Shown piece by piece: positions 18,071 through 24,000 of a stretch of 24,000 nt of DNA. The notes under the pieces were generated by a model, which worked only from the letters and a program-made list of their open reading frames with translations, was not told the origin of the DNA and did not search any database. The stretch's first letter is position 1; every line of letters starts with the position of its first letter. This DNA is from Alphaproteobacteria bacterium (GTDB taxonomy: Bacteria; Pseudomonadota; Alphaproteobacteria; JAPULJ01). The stretch lies in contig DATKZM010000085.1 in assembly GCA_035527975.1 (NCBI GenBank), positions 163,325-187,324 on the forward strand, given 5' to 3'. The translations under genes and the position numbers were made by a program.

Positions 18071-18805
18071 TCATTCGGCCATCGGCGCCGGCGCGCGTTT
18101 GACGATATGGAACACACCGCCATATCGCGATTGGCGGATTGCCTCGGGCGCCTTGCGGGCAGACAGAAAATCATGCACCGCGCGCGTGCAACCGTCCCAA
18201 TCTTGGTAGTCGTCGATAATGACGATCCCGCCCGGGATTATTTTGTCGAACAGGTGCTCCAGGCAATCGAGCGTCGATTGGTACAGGTCGCCGTCGAGCC
18301 GCAGCACCGCGATTTTCATATCGGGCGGTGCCAGGGGCAATGTCTCGCTGAACCAGCCTTGATGGATATGGATCCATTGATCGGGCCGCGCCGTTGCCCG
18401 AACCCTGGCTTCGAACGTGCCCCGGTCGGCCTGAGCATTGTCGTGATAATTCGCCGCTTCGGTGTCCTGCTGCCAGCTGAGTGCCGATTGCCCGTCGATC
18501 GGTTCGACCGGCGGCAGTCCCTCGAAGCTATCAAAGAAGTGAAAGGCGCGCGCACCGGGCGCGGTCGTGAGCAGCCCGCAGGCCATCCCGCCTTTCCAGG
18601 TGCCGCATTCGACGATAGCACCACCGTCGAGCGCAGGGTTCTCGAGCGTCGTGGCGACCAGATGCAGATTGCCGATATAGCACCGGCGCTTGACCAGAGT
18701 GGCGTCACAATTGCGCCGCCACAGAGCCTTGAGGCGCGGATAGTCGAGGGCGTAGCGCAGCCGCTTGCTGGGGTGTCGGGCAAGAACGCGCATCAATAGG
18801 TTCAC
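18071..18805 (-). CDS. TylF/MycF-family (macrocin-O-methyltransferase-like) SAM-dependent methyltransferase
   Basis: GAIVECGTWKGG, HFFDSFEGLP, GWFSETLP and KIAVLRLDGDLYQSTLDCLEHLFDKIIPGGIVIIDDY closely follow the TylF-family pattern (E.GvwrGG ... lrlDgDlYeST ... GG.vi.DDY). A GTG at 18805 overlaps the GT2 stop (GTGA); the alternative start is the ATG at 18793. Confidence 0.8.
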   Translation of the reverse strand: MNLLMRVLARHPSKRLRYALDYPRLKALWRRNCDATLVKRRCYIGNLHLVATTLENPALDGGAIVECGTWKGGMACGLLTTAPGARAFHFFDSFEGLPPVEPIDGQSALSWQQDTEAANYHDNAQADRGTFEARVRATARPDQWIHIHQGWFSETLPLAPPDMKIAVLRLDGDLYQSTLDCLEHLFDKIIPGGIVIIDDYQDWDGCTRAVHDFLSARKAPEAIRQSRYGGVFHIVKRAPAPMAE

Positions 18806-19740
18806 TTTCGCGCCGCGCCGGTGCCGTTGCCGGCTGGTTTGGCGCGATCATAGACCGTAGCGCAGCGTTCGATGAAATCTGCTGCGGGACCCATCAGGTC
18901 GAGCCGGCTCTTGACGTTCAGCCAATACCATTCAGAACCCGCGCGTGCGCCCAGATGACGCCGTGCATACTTCCATGCGCGACCGGCGGCGCGTTGGCAG
19001 GCGAAGCGCTTGGTTCGCTCCGGCGTCGACGGGTTGTCGCGCAGAAAGTTTGCGAGCGCGAATGTGACGTCCTTGAGCTCGCGAGCGAAATCCTCTGAGA
19101 CGCGACCCGGTGCATCCTCCGGCAGGTAAGCGACGAGGGCCGCGACCCTCAAAAAATCCCACTTCGCAGCGAGGCGAAGGGTGAGCGTGTAATCCTGACC
19201 GAAAACGATGCGCTCATCACAGCCGCCGACCTCGCGCAGGCAGTCGGTGCGGGCGAGGAACTGGCTTGGATTGAAGAGTGAATTCTTGATCGCGAGCTTG
19301 AGCGGCGCCTTCAGCCGCTTGATGTTTGGCGACGGTGGTAGCGGCGCATCCAGGTCTGGCTTCGCATCCGACCGGTAGTCCGCGGCCTCGCCATAGGCAA
19401 GGCAGGCGTCGCTGCCGTGCAGCGCCTGCAGCAGCCGGTCGGTCGCGTCATGGGCGAGGAGGTCGTCCGCATCGACAAACTTGAGATACGGCAAGCCCGC
19501 CAGCGCGATGGCGCGGTTGGTTGCGTGGGCCGAGCCGTGGTTAGACTGTGCTTCGATCACGGTCGCCGGCCAGCCATCGGTGAGCCGCCGCAGCAGTTCC
19601 AGCGAGTTGTCCGTCGACCCGTCGTCGACAAAGACGTATTCGCGCTCAAAATCTCCGCGCTGCGCACGGATCGCCGCCAACACGCCCACAAGATAAGGCG
19701 CCTTGTTGTAGACCGGCACGACGAATGAAACGCCGGGCAT
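18802..19740 (-). CDS. Family 2 glycosyltransferase (GT-A fold)
   Basis: VSFVVPVYNKAPYL, VFVDDGSTDNS and the FVDADD (DxD) motif. 312 aa. Translationally coupled to the downstream methyltransferase by a 4-nt overlap. Confidence 0.85.
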   Translation of the reverse strand: MPGVSFVVPVYNKAPYLVGVLAAIRAQRGDFEREYVFVDDGSTDNSLELLRRLTDGWPATVIEAQSNHGSAHATNRAIALAGLPYLKFVDADDLLAHDATDRLLQALHGSDACLAYGEAADYRSDAKPDLDAPLPPSPNIKRLKAPLKLAIKNSLFNPSQFLARTDCLREVGGCDERIVFGQDYTLTLRLAAKWDFLRVAALVAYLPEDAPGRVSEDFARELKDVTFALANFLRDNPSTPERTKRFACQRAAGRAWKYARRHLGARAGSEWYWLNVKSRLDLMGPAADFIERCATVYDRAKPAGNGTGAARK

Positions 19741-19950
19741 CTAGCTGGCTTGCGAGGCTGGCATGGCGTCCCCTCATTAGCGGCTAGACCACTTCGCTGC
19801 CACCGTTTTCGCAGATCTCCGAATACCGGCCGCGCTGACGCCGCCCCGGCTTGCGAATTCGCCTCTGCTGGCCTATTGCTTGCGAGCCGTCCCATACGCG
19901 GAATCGTTGCCCGCCTCGGCCCATAATCCCTCCGTCAGCGAGTGCCCGAC

Positions 19951-21441
19951 ATGAAGATCGCCTTCACCCAGCCCGCAATGCCAAAGCTCGGCACGCTCGT
20001 CGTCGCCGTGGCCGAGAACCGCGCGCTCACCCCAGCCGCCAAAGCGCTCGACGAGGCCATTGGCGGCGCGCTGCGCCGCGCCATGGAGGTCTCGCGCTTC
20101 AAGGGCGCCGCCGACCAGACGCTCGATGTTTTGGCCCCACAAGGGATCGAGGCCGCGCGGGTCCTCCTCGTGGGCATCGGCAAGATAGCCGAATTCGATG
20201 CGCTGAAGGCCGAGGCGTTGGGCGGAAACCTCGTTGCCCAGCTGAACGGCGCCGGCGGTGTCGACGCGGCGGTTGAGATCAACGGGCTCGACGACGCCAA
20301 GATCAACGAGGCGGAAGCCGCTGCGCGCATCGCGTTCGGCGCCGCTTTGCGCAGCTATCGCTTCGACAAATACCGCACCAAGGAAAAGAAGGACAAGAAG
20401 CCGACCTTACGCAATCTCACCCTGATGAGCGCCGATGCGGCCGGGGCGAAGGCGTATTTCGCGCCGCTTGCCGGGATCGCCGAGGGGGTGATGCTGACCC
20501 GCGACGTGGTGTCGGAGCCGGCCAACATCATCAACCCAAAAACCTTCGCCAAGGAGGCCAAGAAGCTCGAGCGCCTCGGCGTCAAGGTCGAGACCCTCGA
20601 CGAGCAGGAGATGGAAAAGCTCGGCATGGGTGCGCTCCTGGGCGTCGCGCAAGGCAGCGCCAACGAGCCTCGCCTGGTCGTCATGCAATGGAACGGGGCA
20701 GCCAAGAGCGCCAAGCCGGTCGCCTTCATCGGCAAGGGCGTGACCTTCGATACCGGCGGCATCTCGATCAAACCCGCCCAGGGCATGGAAGACATGAAAT
20801 GGGATATGGGCGGGGCCGGCGTCGTGCTCGGCCTGATGAAGGTGCTGGCCAAACGGAAGGCCAAAGTCAACGCGATCGGTGTGATGGGAATGGTCGAGAA
20901 CATGCCGTCCGCCAATGCCCAACGCCCAGGAGACATTGTCACCTCCATGTCGGGCCAGACCATCGAGGTTCTCAACACCGATGCCGAGGGCCGGCTCGTG
21001 CTGGCCGATGCGATCTGGTACACCCAAGACCGCTTCAAGCCTCAGATCATGGTCGATCTGGCGACGCTCACGGGCGCCATTATTATCAGCTTGGGGTCCG
21101 AGCATGCGGGGCTCTTTTCCAACAACGACCCGCTGGCCGAGCGGTTGATGAATTCGGGCACGGCCGTCGGCGAGACTTTGTGGCGCATGCCGCTCGGCGA
21201 TGCCTACGACAAACAGATTGATACCGACGCCGCCGACATGAAGAACATCGGCGGCCGTGAGGGCGGCGCGATCACGGCAGCACAGTTCATTCAGCGCTTC
21301 GTCAACAAGGTGCCGTGGGCGCATCTCGATATCGCCGGCGTCACCTGGTCGAAGAAGGACAAGCCCACCGTGCCCAAGGGCGGAACCGCCTTCGGCGTGC
21401 GCCTGCTCGACCACTTTGTGAGCGCGCATTACGAAAAATAG
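19951..21441 (+). CDS. pepA: Leucyl aminopeptidase (M17 family)
   Basis: M17 signature NTDAEGRLVLADA, VAFIGKGVTFDTGGISIKP, and MKWDMGGAG. The ATG at 19951 (MKIAFTQP...) is preferred over the GTG at 19942. No strong RBS precedes either, so the start is uncertain by 9 nt. Confidence 0.92.
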   Translation: MKIAFTQPAMPKLGTLVVAVAENRALTPAAKALDEAIGGALRRAMEVSRFKGAADQTLDVLAPQGIEAARVLLVGIGKIAEFDALKAEALGGNLVAQLNGAGGVDAAVEINGLDDAKINEAEAAARIAFGAALRSYRFDKYRTKEKKDKKPTLRNLTLMSADAAGAKAYFAPLAGIAEGVMLTRDVVSEPANIINPKTFAKEAKKLERLGVKVETLDEQEMEKLGMGALLGVAQGSANEPRLVVMQWNGAAKSAKPVAFIGKGVTFDTGGISIKPAQGMEDMKWDMGGAGVVLGLMKVLAKRKAKVNAIGVMGMVENMPSANAQRPGDIVTSMSGQTIEVLNTDAEGRLVLADAIWYTQDRFKPQIMVDLATLTGAIIISLGSEHAGLFSNNDPLAERLMNSGTAVGETLWRMPLGDAYDKQIDTDAADMKNIGGREGGAITAAQFIQRFVNKVPWAHLDIAGVTWSKKDKPTVPKGGTAFGVRLLDHFVSAHYEK

Positions 21442-21472
21442 GGCGCTGAGATCGGAGCGCGCCGGTGAGACC

Positions 21473-21922
21473 ATGACCGATATCGGCTTCTACCATTTGC
21501 AGCGATCGCCGCTGGAACGGGCCTTGCCCAAGCTCCTGGAGAAGGTGCTGGAGGCGGGCAAGCGCGCCGTCGTCGTCGCCGGATCGGATGAGCGCGTCGA
21601 ATCGCTGAACGGCGTCTTGTGGACCTATCGCCCTGACAGCTTCTTGCCCCATGGCAGCGCCAAGGACGGCAACGCCGAAAACCAACCGGTCTGGCTCGCC
21701 ACCGTCCCGGAAAAACCCAACGGTGCCGACATCCTGATCCTCACCGACGGCGCCACGACAGACAGTTTCGATGGTTTCGATCGTTGCCTGGAGTTGTTCG
21801 ACGGCAATGACGATGCCGCGGTTACCGCCGCCCGCGAGCGCTGGGCAGAATACAAGGCCGCCAGCCACGCGGTCGTCTACTATCAGCAGACCGAAAGCGG
21901 CGGCTGGGAGCAGAAGGCGTGA
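21473..21922 (+). CDS. holC: DNA polymerase III chi subunit
   Basis: 149 aa, beginning MTDIGFYHL, with LW......SFLPHG. It sits immediately downstream of pepA, the conserved pepA-holC pairing. Confidence 0.85.
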   Translation: MTDIGFYHLQRSPLERALPKLLEKVLEAGKRAVVVAGSDERVESLNGVLWTYRPDSFLPHGSAKDGNAENQPVWLATVPEKPNGADILILTDGATTDSFDGFDRCLELFDGNDDAAVTAARERWAEYKAASHAVVYYQQTESGGWEQKA

Positions 21923-21959
21923 GCCCGATGCCCATCATGATCGGGTTGGCGCGGTTCCG

Positions 21960-22394
21960 ATGAGCGCGTCCTCCCTCGCCGGCGCATGGCGACTTGAAAG
22001 CTTCGTTTTCACCGACGACGGCGGCGGCACGCATACCCCGCTTGGTGAGAGCCCGCATGGGCTGGTGCTGATCACCCCCGACAACTATTTGAGCCTGAGC
22101 TTCATGGCGGATGGCCGCCAAGCTTTCGCTGAAAGTAGCCTCTTGGGAGGCAGCGCAGACGAGCGCGCGGCTGCGGCGGCAAGCTATGTCTCGTTTGGCG
22201 GGCCGTTCCGTGTCGAGGGCGACGAGGTCGTCGTCGAGGTCGCGGCCGCCTTTCATCCCAATTGGGCCGGCAGCGTCCAGCGGCGGCGCTTCCGCCTCGA
22301 AGGCGGCACGCTGACGTTGATGACTGCCCAAGCGATTCCGGTCGACGGCAAGAACCTGATGGGCCAGGCCGTGCTCCGGCGTGCCGCGCTCTAG
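21960..22394 (+). CDS. Lipocalin-like domain protein (Lipocalin_5-type, function unknown)
   Basis: From the ATG at 21960: MSASSLAGAWRLESFVFTDDGG...PLGESPHGLVLITPDNYLSLSF...YVSFGGPFRVEGDEVVVEV...HPNWAGSVQRRRFRLEGGTLTL. This matches the G(T/A)WRL.S...G.L.Y...G.........Y.G.Y...g..v.H.v....P...G....R...L.g..L.L pattern of lipocalin-like domain proteins. The upstream ORF-track extension overlaps holC and is Pro/Arg-rich. Confidence 0.6.
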   Translation: MSASSLAGAWRLESFVFTDDGGGTHTPLGESPHGLVLITPDNYLSLSFMADGRQAFAESSLLGGSADERAAAAASYVSFGGPFRVEGDEVVVEVAAAFHPNWAGSVQRRRFRLEGGTLTLMTAQAIPVDGKNLMGQAVLRRAAL

Positions 22395-22505
22395 GGTCTG
22401 GACTCAATTAGACGTAACCCGCTGACCTGACTTACTTTTGCCCTGCGGCAAGAGAATCCAGAGCCGTTGTATTTCAATGAGTTATATCTAATTGAGTACA
22501 GACCC
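22394..22505. mobile_element. MITE-like 112-bp element with terminal inverted repeats, flanked by a TA duplication inside CTAG
   Basis: The sequence at 22391-22418 is the reverse complement of the sequence at 22481-22508 at 25 of 28 positions (CTAGGGTCTGgACTCAATTAGAcgTAAC versus CTAGGGTCTGtACTCAATTAGAtaTAAC). The element proper is bounded by TA at 22392-22393 and 22506-22507, each within a CTAG. My hand count gives about 46% G+C, against clearly GC-rich flanks. It has no ORF of its own. Confidence 0.55.
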
Positions 22506-23200
22506 TAGCGCCGAAAGAAGACACCGTCGAATTGCAGCTGCCGGCCGAGCCGCCGGCTGAAATTGCCCGACAAGACGAGATGAAGCTCGAAGCCCAGCGC
22601 ATCGAGCTGCTCGAGAACGGCAAGATAGGTCGTCTCGCCCTCGTAAAGCGGCAGCAGCGAAAGCTCGAGCTGGAAGCCTGCAATCCGGTCGAGCACCGCC
22701 GTAGCGCCGCGCAAAATCTCCGCCTCGAAGCCCTGGGTGTCGATCTTGACGAAGACCCTTCGGGCCGCCGCACCGACAAGCTCGTCGAACACGACATCGA
22801 GGCGCGCGACGGCGACCATGTCGGTGCCCGCCGCAACCGCCTTGGGAAACGCCTGCGTGGTGACGGCAGCCATCGGCTTCAACGAGTTCATGTCGCTGCG
22901 GTTCGAAAGATGAAGCGTTGCGTCGCCGGGGGTCTCGCCCAGTGCCATGCGCGCCGCTGCCGTCCAATGGGGATCGTCGGCCACCGCTGCTTGGAGTTTG
23001 CCATGCGCGTCGGCGCCAGGCTCAACGGAAATGATCCGTCCGCGATAACCGGCCTCGCGCAGGCCGCGCGCGTACTGCCCCTCATTCGCCCCGATATCGA
23101 TCACCGCCTCGATACCGTGCAGCTCCAGAAGCTGGACCACGCGCTGGGTTTCATTGTCCACGCGGTCGAGCTTTTGGTGCCTTTTTTTGAGCCCGAACAC
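22505..23200 (-). CDS. FkbM-family SAM-dependent methyltransferase
   Basis: VIDIGANEGQYA matches the FkbM motif DvGAN.G. It is followed by SVEP, LS.....S, FVKIDTQGFE..IL.G and the family's usual length of about 230 aa. Apparent GTG start at 23200 with an AGGA RBS 9 nt upstream; the exact start is uncertain. Confidence 0.7.
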   Translation of the reverse strand: MFGLKKRHQKLDRVDNETQRVVQLLELHGIEAVIDIGANEGQYARGLREAGYRGRIISVEPGADAHGKLQAAVADDPHWTAAARMALGETPGDATLHLSNRSDMNSLKPMAAVTTQAFPKAVAAGTDMVAVARLDVVFDELVGAAARRVFVKIDTQGFEAEILRGATAVLDRIAGFQLELSLLPLYEGETTYLAVLEQLDALGFELHLVLSGNFSRRLGRQLQFDGVFFRR

Positions 23201-23308
23201 CGATTGCCGTCCTTTGTATCGCCGTCCTGTGTGATATCGGGCCGAATAGCCGCGATCCCACCGCAGTGAACATGCGCGAAGCTGTGGCGGCCGGCAAGGC
23301 GCGGGCGG

Positions 23309-23337
23309 TTGTCGCGGCCGGGCAGAGCCGTTATAAG
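23309..23337 (+). promoter_or_regulatory. Candidate sigma-70-type promoter for ndk
   Basis: TTGTCG (23309-23314), a 17-nt spacer, then TATAAG (23332-23337), about 45 nt upstream of the ndk ATG. A small hairpin GAAATT-cccgc-AATTTC (23342-23358) would lie in the leader. This is a motif match only. Confidence 0.25.
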
Positions 23338-23381
23338 CCCCGAAATTCCCGCAATTTCAGAACCCCGAAGGACCCTCGGCC

Positions 23382-23804
23382 ATGGCGCTCGAACGCACGC
23401 TCTCGATCCTCAAGCCGGATGCGACCCGGCGCAACATCACCGGCAAGGTCAACGCCATGCTCGAGGATGCGGGGCTGCGCATCGTCGCCCAGAAGCGCCT
23501 GCATCTGACCGATGACCAGGCCAAGGGCTTTTATGCCGTGCACAAGGACCGGCCTTTCTACAACGACCTCGTCGCCTTTATGACCTCGGGGCCCGTGGTG
23601 GTGCAGGTGCTCGAAGGCGATGGCGCGGTTGCGAAGAACCGTGACGTGATGGGCGCGACCAACCCCGCCGATGCCGCGGACGGCACCATCCGCAAGGCCT
23701 TCGCGGAATCGATCGAGGCCAATTCGGTGCATGGCTCCGATTCGGCGGAGAACGCGAAGATCGAGATCGATTTCTTCTTCAGCGCCGACGAAATCGTCGG
23801 CTAG
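23382..23804 (+). CDS. ndk: Nucleoside diphosphate kinase
   Basis: 140 aa: [36 protein letters not shown], and the active-site NSVHGSDS. Confidence 0.95.
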   Translation: MALERTLSILKPDATRRNITGKVNAMLEDAGLRIVAQKRLHLTDDQAKGFYAVHKDRPFYNDLVAFMTSGPVVVQVLEGDGAVAKNRDVMGATNPADAADGTIRKAFAESIEANSVHGSDSAENAKIEIDFFFSADEIVG

Positions 23805-23814
23805 GTGGATGGTT

Positions 23815-23848
23815 CCGAATTTCGTCGCATTGATGCGACGAAATTCGG
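23815..23848 (+). terminator. Perfect 16-bp stem hairpin downstream of ndk; possible terminator or REP-like palindrome
   Basis: CCGAATTTCGTCGCAT-tg-ATGCGACGAAATTCGG starts 11 nt after the ndk stop. No T-tract follows (GGGGCTGAATC), so intrinsic-terminator function is not assured. Confidence 0.4.
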
Positions 23849-23952
23849 GGGCTGAATCACACTAGAGCGTCTTCAAGGAAATAGGAATCGCGGGGGATTC
23901 CCAATCGGATCGAGATATGATTCTGTATCCGGAGGTTTATCGGGAGGCAGAT

Positions 23953-24000
23953 ATGGCACGTGCGTACGGTTTGGATCTGCGCCGGCGGGTTGTCGAGGCG
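23953..24000 (+). CDS. N-terminal 16 codons of a probable IS630-family (Tc1/mariner superfamily) transposase or HTH ORF; continues beyond the window
   Basis: MARAYGLDLRRRVVEA resembles the M.(K/R)AYS.DLR.RVV N-terminus that I recognise from IS630-family transposase ORFs of Rhizobiales-type genomes. GGGAGG RBS 5 nt upstream. A CTAG at 23862-23865, 88 nt upstream, is a plausible left insertion junction. Only 48 nt are visible. Confidence 0.45.
   Translation, partial: MARAYGLDLRRRVVEA

Noticed and set aside
23815-23848. The 16-bp palindrome as the terminal inverted repeat of the IS630-like element, or as a second MITE bounded by the CTAGs at 23801 and 23862
   Set aside because: The 10 nt and 13 nt flanking the palindrome out to the two CTAGs are not inverted repeats of each other. 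The palindrome also lies upstream of the more plausible CTAG junction. A simple post-ndk hairpin is the more economical reading.
23865-23890. Claim that the IS630-like left end and the MITE TIR are the same family
   Set aside because: The best hand alignment gives only about 11 of 19 matches with a 2-nt offset. That is too weak to assert a relationship without the full IS sequence.

Overview
GC-rich window of about 64-65% G+C by eye. It reads as chromosomal core DNA of an alphaproteobacterial type; order and species cannot be determined from the sequence alone. Nearly all of it is coding, and most genes are recognisable housekeeping genes. Left to right: fabD 3' end, acpP, fabF, mltG; a GlxA/AraC-type regulator divergent from a winged-helix SAM methyltransferase; an SDR oxidoreductase; yicC-gmk. 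A long minus-strand array follows, running 19740 down to 8072: GT2 glycosyltransferase, TylF-type methyltransferase, MsbA-like ABC exporter, lptF, lptG, lptD, surA, pdxA, rsmA. After it come pepA-holC, a lipocalin-like protein convergent with an FkbM-type methyltransferase, ndk, and the first 16 codons of an IS630-family-like transposase at the window edge. I see no rRNA, tRNA or CRISPR array, and no recognisable defence, toxin-antitoxin or phage module. I cannot honestly point to a clear-cut new system. The observations most worth a second look are: (1) a 112-bp AT-richer element with about 25-nt terminal inverted repeats, inserted in a CTAG shared by two convergent stop codons and flanked by TA, which is an IS630/mariner-type MITE signature; (2) a glycosyltransferase, sugar-type O-methyltransferase and MsbA-like exporter cassette sitting at the normally conserved pepA|lptF divergent junction, co-oriented with the LPS transport genes; (3) the absence of fabG between fabD and acpP; (4) several small intergenic repeats and palindromes. 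The many long ORFs antisense to these genes are GC-driven shadow ORFs and were rejected.
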